64,000 nt of DNA, taken from NCBI GenBank assembly GCA_949358305.1, contig OX442314.1, positions 18,166,001 to 18,230,000 on the forward strand, written 5' to 3'. This stretch comes from Strigamia acuminata (taxonomy: Eukaryota). This document shows, in pieces, positions 24,731 to 42,297 of this stretch (its first letter is position 1; every line of letters begins with the position of its first letter). The notes under the pieces were generated by a model. That model was not told where the DNA came from. It saw nothing but the letters and a program-made list of their open reading frames with translations, and ran no database searches. Made by a program: the position numbers and the translations under genes.

Positions 24731-27700
24731 TTAACAGACATTTTCTTATACTTTTAATCAATAGAAAACAAATGAAATATTGATTCAATAATTAATGTAC
24801 AGGCAGCTATAGTGATACATATTTTTGTGTTATAAATTTTCATTCCTTTTTTTTCTTAAAAGTACTACAAATATTCTAGTTTGGTTTGCATTGTATTTGT
24901 TATTCGGAATAATTTTTTTTGCCATTGTTTTGTTTTAGTCGTTTTTGCGATGCCATTCACTTTACATTCAATTTTTTCATTATTCTTCCATTAACAATTT
25001 TAATTATTGAAAAAATAAATGAATAAAAATTTATTATTTTCATTTAACCTACGAATGACAAAATTAAGCTGAAATAAGAATGGGAAAACAAGTGCTAAGT
25101 CATTTCTGAATACCGATAATCATGATACATTGCCAATACTCATACGAATTGCTTAGTTGATATCATACAGCTAAACGAAGCAATTTGTATGCAGTGGAAG
25201 CTCCACCCTGTTTTTTCGGTTTGCTAGCGACCCAGTTTTAAAAAATGAAGTAATTACGACCCTCTTTGCAAGGGTACCGTATAAATTTACCTGAGTTTTC
25301 GTATTTTAAAATTTTCTTACTAAAAAATATAAACATTTTCGCATTTCACGAACCGCAGGAAAAATCTGCAATCCAAATTAAAACCCGCAAAACATTTAGT
25401 CGATATATACCTGGCAAACCAATTTAGAATAAACGGAGCATCCAATGATTTACTGCAGCTACTTATTTAAAGAATATTTATCAAAAAAAAGTAAAATCCT
25501 TAAAATTATTTAGAATAGATTATTTCTAATGATTTGGAATTTTCCTGGCCACTGTGTCACTACGTATGTATTTTGCTCACACCACTGCTGGGAAACGACT
25601 TCTAGATAAGATTCCTCGTATATATTTCTTGATAGGCCCCCGAAATGAGAGAATAACGTGTTTACATGTGTGGACGAAGAAATACGTATAAAGCAGATAC
25701 GAATTTAGTTAAAGACAAATAGCTTTATTAGACAAGTTTAAATTACAATACATATTGGAAGGGCACAAACATGATTCAAAGCTAATGCTGAAATCAGCTT
25801 GTAATAAGAATGCTTTTATAATCATTCATCGTTTTGATACTGGAAAAATGTTTTCTGACTCAAAAGTGTGAAAAGTCTCGCAGTCACGTGATTTTTTTAG
25901 CTGAGAAAAATTCTGCACATGCAAAAGTCATCCATTTATATAAAGCTGACAAGTCCTACTAACAAAAATGTTTCTATAAAACCATTCAAGTCAGTCTCAG
26001 TTACGACTCATTTTACTTAATAACAATTAAATCCACAATGTCCCCCCCATGAAACTTTTGACATTTATGCCACGCTTACACGAATGTTTCAAAAATTATT
26101 TTAAGCAATTTTCAAATCGAAATAGGTTTCCATTTTTGAAGCACTTATTTTTTCTTTTCTTTTTTTTTTAAACGAAAACAAATAAACTTGAGCCGGAGTT
26201 TTTGACCATTACTGACATTGCAGCAAATCCAAGTTATGTTTCAGTAATCTTTGAATTTTTTCACTTAAAAAGTTTATCACTGTACGTAGGTTAAACGTTA
26301 CACGTCTTCACACAAATGGTAGGCAAAAACTACAATTACATCTGCATAAGAAGTAGACAACATGAAACAAAAACTGAAATTGTACAAGAATTACATTTGA
26401 GTAAAGTTAAAGATAAATAATAATTAATTAATTGAGTTGAAAAAAAAAATCATTGATCAAACGTCTAATTTTTGTCGTTTCCAATTTCTCCTAAGGCATG
26501 GTTCACACTGCACTTGATGCAACCTCGTGCATTGTACCAGGGTGAACCTAGCATTACTAACTACCAACTTAACTCTTCCTAATTTAAATGATAGCAAACT
26601 CAAGCATAAACTTCGCTACAAAATAATAAAATTAAAATAAAAACATTAAAATTAAAGCTCAATTTTCAATTTCGATTTGCAAAAAACCCCCTTTATCGAA
26701 AAATTGAGACACTGTCGCACTGCATTGTTTTTTTTAAAGCCCTCAATATATATATAATATATAAAAAATGATTAACAGACTGATCTTTTCTTTCATTCTT
26801 TTAAATTGATGATTACTCTAAAAGAGCGTTACCTACAGTTTAAGAAAAACAACTCCCTATCACATCAACTTGATTACACTCGCGTCCAAAAAATGGCCAG
26901 TTTTGTTTACCTTTTCCTTTCTTATTTTAAAAAATGCTTAGAATTTTTATTTAAAAAAGAATCTCATGTCCAACAGCCATTCGAGTGATATTGACTGATA
27001 AAGCTCAGCCTATATTAATTTGGATCCTATCAAGTCCTGAACCAAAATGGTGGCAAAACTTCTTCCAATTTCAAGATTCCATTTGTTTATTTTTCAATAA
27101 TTTTTAAAAATTCCCTCAAGTTTTTTTAGAAAAGAAAAAAATTCCTGAGGAAGATTTATAGGCTTCAACACCCACATGTATGCACTTAAAATAAAAATAA
27201 AAACATTTTCAAATCTGCCACTCACTAGGGAGGAGTTCCAAAGCTTGTATTGATAACTTTCACTCTTAACTTTATACCCGGAATTAACCACCATTTGTAA
27301 TTACTACCAATTACGTCATTTTAACATTTTAAAAAAAATGCAACAAAAAAAATTACAAATCATAAAAAAAGCAATTATTTTTTTCTAATTAAAAAAAAAT
27401 GCACGAACCTCCTTTTAAATTTGCAATCAGACCGACTTTTTATGGTCCCATAATGTGAAGAGAAAAAAAAAATACGTGAATAAAAAAACAACTCGTACAT
27501 GAGCTGATGAAAGCGCAAATTCAAAGCGCAACAAAGTTGCCCTTGATTTGACAACCAAATTGCTCTTTAAGGCGTGTGAATAAAGGAACAATTGGAGAAA
27601 AAAAGTCAAAAGGAATGCAAAAATGAGGATCTTCTACTTGATTACTGCAGCCAAACGTAACCAACACACATAAGCACATCAAAAATACAATTATGCACAG

Positions 27701-28275
27701 AAAGATGCCCTCCCAATTTTTTTTTTTCCATTCATGATGCTAGTACAAAAATTTTCCTCTATTGTCCATGTGTAAATACATCAAAATGAAAAGACTTTTA
27801 ATGTTTAGAATGCAAAAGAAAAAAGGTTAGCAAGCATAAATTTCTGACTAGATTGACGATTTGCTGTTGTGAACATTCCACAAAACTATCCATCAACTTA
27901 AATCATTTCTAAAACAAAAGAAAAAGAAAAGGAAAAAGAAAAAGAAGAAGAAGAAAAGAAAAGAAAAATCGTATCAAATTCATTCCCCGCCCATTTACCG
28001 AAGTGTGTTGGTTATCGATCCTTTAAACTTACTCAAAGGATCAAATCTCTTCCTCCGTAATAGAGCGACTGTTTACTCGAACTGGTTAATTTCCCTCACC
28101 CCTTTTTGTGTTCTTTTTTTAACAAGATTTTATCGTATTAATTCAAAAGAGAAAAAGAAAAAAAAAGAAAAAAAAATCACATAATGTTTGTTGGCTCGTT
28201 TCAAAGCTCTGGTGAGAGCAACGTACGTAGTGGCAGAGGGGCCGGGAAAATATGATGGCTGAGAGGATAAACAAT

Positions 28276-31029
<2,754 letters not shown>

Positions 31030-32377
31030 TGTGATAAATTTTCAGCTATTAAAAACCTGTAAACAACAAAGTTTAAAACACATCAATATATGAACATGGA
31101 TGTATCACATCAACTGGGTGTTCAACCATCACGAAAATGAGCTAGCACTATCAGGATATCATATCGTCAACAATATACATTCATTCTGAAGCAGAACTGA
31201 CTAATGAATTATCATCATGTGCTCATTTCTAACACTTTTCCACTCCCACCGAGTAAGATCTCTATAAAACACCTCGTTAAAAGACACCAAACAGTTTATT
31301 TCCCCAAGTTTGTTCATCGTTTTATGGCTACATTGAAAAGTATTCGAGAGTCGCCATCATGTAAAGTGATCACATTGTGCCCGACGCCGAATATCTCATT
31401 GAGCCGAACGATATAAGCTTAGAATTCTGCAAGTGCACTAGCATTGAAGCCAAACAATTGCTGGTGCAAAGCAACAATGCTAGCAGCGAATGCAGAGCGG
31501 GAGGGGAAATGAGAGATTTTAAGCCTAACGTAGGGTCACTTACAGAGCAATTACATTTGTGATGTCCTCTGCTTGGTGGGAGTGAAAATTAAAATTTTGA
31601 TCAACGAGAATAAACCGATTACGGCTGTACTTACTCTAGAAAATAATCCACCAATGAATAATACGGCTAAGCAAGCATAAAATCCGCTCAATGCTTGCTA
31701 AATTTCTACACAAATGGTCGCTGAAAATTATATTTTTTTTCCAGTTTAGATAGACAGGGTGCGGCTTCCCGTGTGCAATTCGTGTAAACCCCGTAGAATA
31801 GGAAGAGGACTGAGCAAACACGCGTGCGCTGCCAATGCCGTACGTCACACTTCTGACGCCATCAAGCGTAGCAGTGTCCACAAGAGGAAAATAAAGAAGA
31901 ATTATTTTCTTTTGCAATATTAATTGAAATTAAAAACAAAACTTCGGTTTTCAATAAATGACGATATAAATGCAATCAGAAGAAGTTGCAAGATTTATAT
32001 TTGATCAAGTATTGGGGGATGCATTTTCATATTTCCTGCAATGCACATGCAAAACCCTGCAATATTCGTAAGGATTTGTAGCATAAACTCCACCATTGTG
32101 TTTTTAAAAACAAAATTAGTATTCGTAGAAAGAAACTACTTGAATAAAAATCAATCAAAAATGCAACGTTGCATCACAATTCTGTAACATATACATCACT
32201 TCTCAGAACTGACACATTTGCAGTGAAACAAACAACACACCATACTAAAGTTATGGCGATGACGCCAGAATGACGTTGCCTTGATTTAAAGAGAACGAGG
32301 GAGGCGCTGGAGCTGGAGAGGGAGAAGACGACCTTATTTTCGCTCAGCAAGGAAACGTGAGCTGATAAGGAAAAAGC

Positions 32378-35300
32378 ATGGCTGCTTTCTCCACGTTCAC
32401 TGTTGCATTCTGTATAGTTTGCACAGTTTTATTTACGAGCCATTTTGCAGAATGTGGCAAAAGCAGTGGTAAGTTTAAAAGTATTTCTTCGCAATCACGA
32501 AGTAAATATTTATTTTTCGGTGTTTGCTTCCGCGGTTAACAAACTAACTTTATTCTATTAAAATGGGACATTAAGACTTTAAAACGGAACTTGCATGTCG
32601 TTATCCAAATAGACCATTGCTAATTTATAAACAAATAGACAAATAAGGGGCTTTCTAAACGTATTTACATTCCTCAATTGATTGTTGTGCTCCAGTGACA
32701 TGTTTTCAATAGAATCTTAAGCAGGATTCGGAGAGTGAAATTCTGCGGGAAATGAATGACCAGACATCTTTTTGCAGGTCATCCAACTGCATCCTCATTA
32801 TCCTGACCTAATGGAAAACTTTTCGATAATGTAAATACCGGTATTTTGCTATAAATCGGAAGCTTCCAGGCCATCAGTTTCAACTATCAAAATTGATTGA
32901 CATTGATGGAGTTTCCACTTGTGTTTATTGTTGTTGTTGGGCCCTCAACAAAACACTTTTTATTATTATTTAAATTTTATAAAGACAAAATTCCTAGCAT
33001 TTTGTCAACTGAAAGACGGAATTGACACAATAAAACTGTTTCCTTGTTTGGGGTTTAATTGGTACTTGGGTTCTGGTTTGAAAATTTCATTTTTGTTTTT
33101 TCTGGAGGAAGTTATTAACGCGACCACTGGGCATGAAGCTGAACATTGACTTGCGAGGTGATAACTTTGGTTATCAAGTTAACTTTATCCTGTTACATCT
33201 TTTTATATATTTTCTAACGTTTATAACCGGGCGTAAATGTGATAATTGTTTTGTACGCTTTTATCCTCTTATACATTTAGTAAAATAAAACTCAAGTTCA
33301 GGCTTTAGTGGTCAAGTTCATTGTATTAAGCTGAATATTTGGGTTGCATTGAATTTTTCCGCTCCTGTGAACTAATTGCGGTAGGAGGAAGCGAAAACTA
33401 GGACAATTCTTCCATAAAATGCGTGTAATGTGTCTGGAGATTTTTTTTTATTGGATTACTTTTCTTTCCATTTGATTGAACATCTTTTTTTTTCTGTTTT
33501 ATTTCTCTAAGACGAATTGGTTGTGATAACGGTAGCTACTAATGAAACCGATGGGTATAAAAGATTCATGCGATCAGCTAACGTGTACAACGTAAATGTC
33601 AAGGTAGTTTGAAGAAAAATGTATATATATAATTTTTTTTTGAAAAGTAAATTTTTGTTTTTTATTTAATTGCAGGTACTCGGATTAAATACACAATGGC
33701 AAGGCGGAGACGTTGCGAATTCTGCAGGAGGTGGACATAAGGTTAATCTACTTATAGACGAAGTGGAAAAATTAAAGACTGAAAAAGACAAAATAATTAT
33801 GTTTGTAGATAGGTAAAGTTTAAAGATTTTACTTACATTTCAAGTGAAATTTTAATTTATTTCTGTTTTCACTTTTAGTTATGATGTAATCTTGTTAGCA
33901 GACGCAGAAACTATTTTAGATAAATTTTACAAATTCAAAGCTAAAGTTGTATTTTCTGCTGAAGGGTTTTGCTGGCCTGACAAAACTTTAGCTGTGAGTT
34001 AGTTATGACATCAGGGATCTTGCGGAATTAAGTTTTACCCACTTTTACTAATTGGCGTGTTAGACAAAATTTTCTAGGAAATCTTTAATTGTTATATGGA
34101 GGGGAATTTTTTGCAAGATCACTGAAAATTCATGCACGATTTGTTTTTTAATTTAAAATGGGAAATTAATATGTACACTTTGATAATTACAGGACAAATA
34201 TCCTGAAATAACTCAAGGAAAGCGGTATCTGAATTCTGGAGGTAATAACAATTAGTTACAACATAGTATTATTTCTTGGTTGGTGGTTTGGGTTCTGACT
34301 TAAATTTTTTTCATTAAATTTCTCTTCCAATCAAACTGGGGTGTGCAATTTAAATTATACACTACAGAGTGTCACCAATTTTCTCACGCAGGTAAGCAGA
34401 TGGGGCTTTTAAGTTCACCTTTACGCTTTTTTAATGTTACTGCGAAGTAAACCACAATTCATATTTTTATTACCGTATTTGCTGACAGGATTTCTTGGAT
34501 ATGCACCTGATTTATATAAACTAATTACTACGTCTAAAATTGATAATCTTGACGACGATCAACTTTTTTATACCAAAATTTACCTCGATGAAAAAATGAG
34601 GAAAAAGTTTTCCATCAAACTCGACCATAAAGCCGAGATATTTCAAAATCTGAACGGCGCAGTTGGTAAATAAAATCGAATGAAATGAATGAGTTGCAAA
34701 ATAATTTGATTTAAAAATTCTAACAGGTGATGTTGAACTAAGGTTCAAAAATAACGAAGCGTTTTTGTCCAACACGGCGTACGCTACTAATCCTGCAGTG
34801 GTACACGGCAATGGGCCGAGTAAAGTGACCTTGAACAACTTGGGGAATTATTTAGCAAAGTCATGGGAACACGAGGCAGGTTGTCCAAGCTGCCAAGACA
34901 ACTTGGTTAACCTCGAAAATATCAAGGTGAAATTTTTTTTCTTCTATATTGCTTAATCGTATTTTGGTTTTTCTAATTTGATGTTTTTTTTCTTAGATTG
35001 ACGATTTTCCTAAGGTTATGATCGGGATTTTCGTGGAAAGTCCGACACCATTTCTTAAAGAGTTCTTGGAAAGAATTTCTTTATTTGAATATCCAAAAGA
35101 AAAAATTGATTTATTCATTCACAATGCAGCTATTTATCATGCGGATGATGTTGATGACTTTGTTTATGCTCACAAAAATAAATATAAAAACATTAAGCAG
35201 TTTAAACCAGTGGATGGCGTGAAGGAATGGCACGCGAGAAATTTGGGCCTGTAAGAAAATCTTATTTTATATTCCGTTTTTAAATTTTATTTTTATTTCA

Positions 35301-37866
35301 TTTTTGTCTTTAATAATAATAGTGAAGAATGTTTGAAACAGAAATGTGATTATTACTTATCAGTGGACAGCGTTGCTATGCTCACAAATCCGAAGACATT
35401 GAGAATACTCATTGAGCAAAACAGGTTAAATTAAATATAATTCGATTCAACATTTTTTATGAGAATTATTTGCTATTCCGAATAGGAGTGTTATTGCCCC
35501 GTTGTTGGTTCGTCCAACCAAAGTGTGGTCCAATTTTTGGGGCGCTCTTTCTCCCGATGGCTTCTACGCACGCTCGTCGGATTACATGGAAATTGTGAAC
35601 AATAAGCGAAGGTAAGACTGTAACTGAATTTACTTTATTCCGAGTAAATCAAATCAATCAAAATCCACTTACAAACGAAAGGTTTTATTTTTCAATTTAT
35701 CTACTATCGTAAAAGACAAGACAGTAGCCCGGACTACTAGATACAAATTCTATAGTTACCCCCAAATGTAGATCAAATTTTCAATTAGGGCACGTGCTAC
35801 TATTATGTCATTTATGGTATTGTATAATTGTATTTTTTTCAAATATGACTACTCGGTAATACTGAAATCGGCTTTAAAAGTGCGTCGGTCGATCGAATAT
35901 TTATTATTAGCGTGGCATTCGTAAGTGCCCGCATCCATTTGGGCTGCCGGGTCAATTTCCATTTTACTTTTTATTTTGTCGTTGCCAATTTTCCATTCGT
36001 GAATCTGCGGAATACACGAAAGGAGTTAAAACTTAAATATTTACTAGCAACTATTTATCAGGAAATATAAGGAATGTTTTTTGCCTGCAAGTACGGATGA
36101 GCGTAGAGTTCCGTGGTGTCTTTAAACCAAGTTACGTGAGGGCGCGGAGTGCCTTTGGACTCGCAGATGAATATAATTTTGTGACCAAGAATGTATTCAT
36201 AATCAAAGTGAGAGGCTTTTGTAATCCGCGCACCCTAATACATAAAAATATAACAAAATTTAGAAAAGAAAAAAAGAAAAAAAATGTAAAAGTTAAAGTT
36301 AAAACTTACCTTTGGATTGTTATAGTATTCAAGCCTGGAATTATGATCGAATTTCATATTATCTGACAACGTGTTTCCAGGTTGGCTCTGTTTGAAACGT
36401 GTTCTACTTTTTCCTCTTCCACCTCCACGTGCAGCTTCACAAATCATTGCAGTAACCATCAGCATCGCGCTTAGATAAATTACGGCCCTAACCGCATTCA
36501 TATTAAAATTTGTTTTCCTGAAATATAATGATTTTGTTCGAAAACGCATTTATTAATTTCTGAATCAGTTCCTTACCGGGTGCCAGCCAAATGAAACGTT
36601 CGGCATTAGGATGTACACTGAGTCCTCAATAATTGGGATGTGGTTCAATAATTATTTCAATTGAAAATTACTTCCTTTTTTTCTGTCCATGTATTCTTTT
36701 CTTCTGCCCTTCATGTGTAATTGTAATACGTTTTATATTTCAGGGGTGTGTGGAATGTGCCCTACATGACTGCTACTTATTTAATTAATGCTACATTACT
36801 TAAGTCAAAGGACACTCGTCCAACTTTTATAAGTAATCTTTTGGATTCTGATATGGCGTTTTGCAAGAATCTGAGAGAAAAGGTGATTTAAAAAAAAAAC
36901 AAAAAAAATTAAAATTAAAGTTAAATTTAATTGATTGTATTTATAGGGAGTTTTTATGTTTGTAACAAACCAAGTGGATTTTGGCCATTTAATAAATAAT
37001 GAGAATTATGACATATCGCATCTGCACAATGATTTGTATCAAGTATTTGATAACCGCATGGACTGGGAAGCGAGATACATTCATGAGAACTACAGCAAAG
37101 CCTTGCATCCGGATAGTTCAGCTCCAATGGTAAGTAGATTAAATTAATTTAAAAAAGAATGTGAAAATAAAATTTTTAAATATAATTGTGCAGCCGTGCC
37201 CAGATGTGTTTTGGTTCCCTATTGTGAGCCCACAATTTTGCAAAGAGTTAATTGACACAATGGAGAATTTTGGCAAGTGGTCTGATGGAACAAATCACGT
37301 AAAATTTAATATTTCGGATTGAATTTAAAAGAAATAATAAATTATTCCCGTATATTTTTAGGATGAACGTTTGAATGGTGGTTATGAAAACGTTCCAACA
37401 CGCGATATTCACATGAATCAAGTTGGATACGAACGACATTGGTTGTACTTTTTAAGGGAATACGTTCGACCATTACAGGAAAAGGTTTATCCTGGCTATT
37501 ACCACGATGTAAGTTGAAATAACTGATTTTTAATGCTGCAATAATTCGCCTAATTTGTTGTATACATATTTATTTTTTTAGCCTCCACAAGCTCTCATGA
37601 ATTTCGTTGTTCGATACAGACCTGATGAGCAGCCATTTTTAAGGCCACATCATGATTCCTCGACTTATACTATTAACTTAGCTCTTAATAGACCAAAGAT
37701 AGATTACGAAGGTGGTGGATGCAGATTTCTGAGGTATAATTGCAGTGTAACGGACACTCGTTTAGGATGGCTACTCATGCATCCTGGGCGTTTGACTCAT
37801 TATCATGAAGGTCTGTCGGTGACTAAAGGAACACGTTACATTATGATTTCGTTTGTAGATCCTTAG
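32378..37866 (+). CDS. PLOD: Procollagen lysyl hydroxylase/glycosyltransferase, multi-exon
   Basis: Signal peptide exon 32378-32468, then [58 protein letters not shown] and [11 protein letters not shown]...MISFVDP*. Confidence 0.96.
35849..36501 (-). CDS. Secreted single-Ig-domain protein (oig-4-like), nested antisense in a PLOD intron
   Basis: Exons 36501-36310, 36234-36085 and 36004-35849 give 165 aa: signal peptide, [34 protein letters not shown] and [20 protein letters not shown]. Confidence 0.88.
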
Positions 37867-38367
37867 ATTTATTTTATTTTTTTTAAAGAAATAACATTTT
37901 ATACTAATTTTTTTGAAATCACATTTATTGTGATGGTTCCTCTTTTTGAGTTATTGTTTATTGTATACACAAAATTTTTATTAGAGTTGTTTAAATGTTT
38001 ATATACTATAGTGTTACTTGAATACTCATTTTCCTATTATTTTTTATTTTAATAATAATTGTTTAACTTATAATAAAAATATATTTAAAAAAAAATTATT
38101 TTCACATCTATGTTTGTCTTTTGTCAAAGACTTTTCTATAACAGTTTTTTTTTTTTTTTAAAAACAATTTATATTTTACATTTAATATTAATAAAATTAT
38201 AAAAAATTGTAAAAAATATCAAAACCTGACCATGTAAACGACTAACCAACTAATTTACAGTGCAATAAAGTTTTTGAGCGATTTTAAAGCGTACTTAAAG
38301 AACTTTTAAGTAAATAAATTATTTAAATCTATATAATCTATATAAATTATTTAAATCTATATAGCAT

Positions 38368-40114
38368 TTAATCAATTTGAGATTCCATTTTGGCATAATA
38401 ACGATACAATGTAAGGGAAGCAATGAGAATTGGCGAGCCAACCAGTGCAAAGCCAGTTTCTCCAGTAAAGTTTGGATTCCATTGCAATGCGCCATTGCTA
38501 GTAAATAATGACCAAAACAATGAACTTGTTGGCAAAGCTGTCATTAATACAGCCATAATGTATGGAACACTGCACGTGTGGGAATTGATCATCAACGATA
38601 GAAGACAGACTGACAGTAATATAATTGCAATGATAAAAGGCCAAGAGAACATGAAAATGTTTCCGCATTCTTCAGAAATGGAAAAATGGCAAAGAAATCC
38701 TTCGAACATAAATTTCCGAAAATCAGGACCAGCCTAAATAGTAAGATAAATAGAATTAATCATTTTATTTTTTTTTCATAAGTAATTATACAATGTACTT
38801 TTCCGAGAAATGGGAAAAAGTCCGTCCAAACAAAGACTAAAACCGTGCACAACGACCAGAAATGAAGCCAGAAAGCTAAAGTCCAGATGTGGTACTGAAA
38901 TAAACGGTAATACAATGCAAATTTTATAACTTATTACGTAGATAAAATATTTCTTACATCAGGAATTAGTTTGTATTCACTCGACGTCTCTTGAGGAGGC
39001 AAAAGAACCATATTGACATCGTCAGTGAAGTCATTAGTGTTCGGGGATGAGTGAGCTAATGCAATTGTTGCAATGTGGCATTCAGGCTATAAAATAAAAT
39101 TAATTTCTTTAATTTATAATAATTAATATTACTGAGAAAGATTACTTTGCACGTTTTAATTTCTCTATCCAGCAAAGTCAAAAAATATGCAAACAAAGCC
39201 AATCCTGCAATATAAACAATAGTCCAAACGGAATGTTCTTGCAATGTCCATAGTTTAGCATCTGCTGAGAAATCATTCGGATGTCCGTGACATGTAAATT
39301 CATCCCAGATTTGGAAGTCGATGCAAATGAAAAGTCCAATAATAGCAGCTGCTATGCACAATAGTTTACGAGTACTGTCAACTGAAAAATCAAGTTGCTA
39401 ATTAGTCTTATTGTCTTACACAGTATGCACATTAACAGGATGTGCAGACATTTATTCATTAAATTTAATTGGTAAATAAGTAGTAATTTTCTATTTGCAG
39501 TGAAAGGCAGAGCAGTGTAATGCAGCAAAGCTTAAGGTACAAACTTCCAGCTGTTTTCTAACGTCTACAAATCCTGCGTTTAAAAATATTGCTTAAAATA
39601 ATATACTTTTCCGACTACGTAGAAAATGAAAGACCACAGCAAGCGGTAAACTCACAGCTGCTAAAGGATCTTGAAGATAACATTGAACACGGTTGCGGTC
39701 CCGCGAAAAATAAATAAGCAAACAACTCACTCCTAAATAAGTTCCTAATTTCCACAAGGACAGTATAGAAATAGGAGGGAAGAGAGATCGATCTCGGTTT
39801 TGAATTTTCAGGCAGATTATAATAAGAAACAAAATAACAAGACAGCAGATTGACGTGAATAAGAGAGAAAAGTACACATCGCTTCTCTCGTTAATATTTG
39901 TCAAATAGAAAGGGAAGCAAATATTGATAACTGTTGCCAATGTGACAAGCGCGAACACTTGGCACACGTGAGTGTATGTTGGGTGTCTTTCAAAATTGCT
40001 CAGATGGGAGTACAAAGTGATGGACATCGACGAGGACTCGAGTGATGTAATTGATTCTTCTCGTCGAATGGAGTCACTTATTAGAAGCTCCTTGTCCTCA
40101 TCTGGACAGGTCAT
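38368..40114 (-). CDS. Multi-pass membrane protein, CRT-like (drug/metabolite transporter superfamily)
   Basis: About 10 hydrophobic segments over spliced exons. NRVQCYLQDPLAAVSLPLAVVFHFLRSRK resembles my recollection of CRT-like proteins, so the family call is tentative. Confidence 0.65.
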
Positions 40115-40897
40115 CGTAGCACACCTGATGAGATAAATAAAACTAATTTCAATAGAAGAACTAGAACAAAATTAATTGAAAATTTACATAAATTATTATT
40201 TTATTAGTAATTAAATACTTATATAGCATAAAAATGATTTTAATCAATGTTTATAGCGAGAAATTTATGGAATTCTCTGAGTTTTTAAATGATTTTTGTC
40301 ACGAAATTAATGTGACGAAAATATGAAAAAAATTGTAAATTTGGATATTTCTACTCCGAAAAAATGACGTAAATTGATAGAATAACACAAAATTTTATAT
40401 TGTTCTTGGACGAACTGCCTGAGGAAGTCTTGGGGCATTGAACTATAGTAGTCTGGTGACCTCTAAAATAAGAATTGAAGACGCTATTTTGCTTTTCCCA
40501 CCTGATAACTTATTTTTTCAAAAACTTACTTTTCTTCTCTCTAAAAAAAAATTATAAAAATTTCCTGCACAATCTCACCTGTTTGAAACGCGCTTCACTG
40601 CAAGCAAAGCCCAACACAGCCGCTGAAGGTGTCTAAAACCGCTAATCAAACGACCACCTTCCAGAAATCGTAATCACCTCAAGGACAAGCAACCGAATGC
40701 CCGCAGCCTACACAAGATGGCGCAAGTGACACAACATGGATTGACGTCATTAGACATAACGAATGGCATTTTTATTGAATTTTATTCTATATTACAGATC
40801 TTTCAATGCATCCTGATAGTTTTAAAGTTAAAATAAAATACATCCCACGTCATATACGTTAATTTCTTTCATACTGTACTATTTGCATAATTTATTT

Positions 40898-41871
40898 TCA
40901 AGTAATTGACCTGAGCACATATTTAACTGTAAAGGCAAATGCAGCAAATCCCAGAATAACACATAAATTGGTCCATGCACTTCCCGCAAGTCCGTTATTT
41001 TCAACACTGTTCATGTTGGATTCCGATTCACTGTTAGCAGCTCCACCAAGTGCAGCCGAAATGGGTTTTTCAGTCGATTTGCGCCTCTGCATTTCTGCTT
41101 TAATTTCCTGTAATCATAAACAGACGTTATTACGTAAACCAAATGTATTTCACATACGAGAATGTTTTACCTCCGCAATGGCCGGAAATAGCTCACAAAA
41201 TGTCTTATTTTTCAAGTTAAATTCGCCACTTTTCAGTGCAAGTTGCGTTTTCTGTAAGAAAATTACATTTTTCAATATTCAGGCCTCGAATAATCAACAA
41301 ATACACGGTGTATATTTATATTTATATATTACATCTGCTTTGGACGTCTCTATGCTTCCTAAAGTCGGATTTTTTTCCATCATAAAGCTTAACAGTCCCG
41401 TCAAAATAGTTGATACGGACCAAGCAGGATTCCAATACTCAGGATGGTAGTCACTAATCGACAAACACAAACGACTATTGCATTTAAAACGACCGTTCGG
41501 GGTTATCATGTAAATGCTCGGAGGTTTGTACGGAAATTCACTAGGAAAAATCAATTTTCCATGGTAAATTCCACCTAAAAAAAAAAATGAAAACGGAAAT
41601 GAACATTTTTTTCAATTTATTTTATTATTAAACTATTGCAATATACCTGCATATGTTGTATTTTCGGGCCCTTTTATAACGTAATGCCTAAAGAAAATAC
41701 AAAAATTACGTATTTACATGACAATAAGGTGTTTTCTATGCACACATACCACTCTAGAATATTCGTCGGAATGGGTTCCGCTACGGCATACGGCAGAGGA
41801 TCTTTTTTAATACGCAAATAATCTTGCTTTAGTCGAGCTGTGGCTGAATTTGTTCGTTTTGTCATCGTCAT
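40898..41871 (-). CDS. UBE2J2: Ubiquitin-conjugating enzyme E2 J2 (Ubc6)
   Basis: [62 protein letters not shown] and the C-terminal tail anchor [16 protein letters not shown]. Confidence 0.95.
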
Positions 41872-42297
41872 AACCTAGATTTACAAACAAACAAACATTC
41901 GTGTTTTGTAACAACAAACAACAGTCTGGAAATGACACGAAGATTTATTTCGTACGTACAATAGAAGTAATGGCTTAAATACCTCTTAAAAGAGTGATTC
42001 AATCTAATGGCAACAATCCAGTTCCAGTATGAATACGTACCAACAGCGCCGAAAAAAAAACGAATAAGGTCAAAGTAGCTACGCGAAGGATGAACCTCGT
42101 ATGATTTTAAAGCAAAATGTAACGCGGCATGCATCTGTGGGTATCGATCACGAAATAAAATAGTTGCCGATAGATGGCAGAAGATTTTAAAATTAAATAA
42201 CTGCGATGTGATTGCCAAAGTGCTCCGGTATAATTCATTCATTTCTATGTTTGCGCTTTAATCTAATCATTCACGTTTGTTTTAGGCGAATTTGAAA

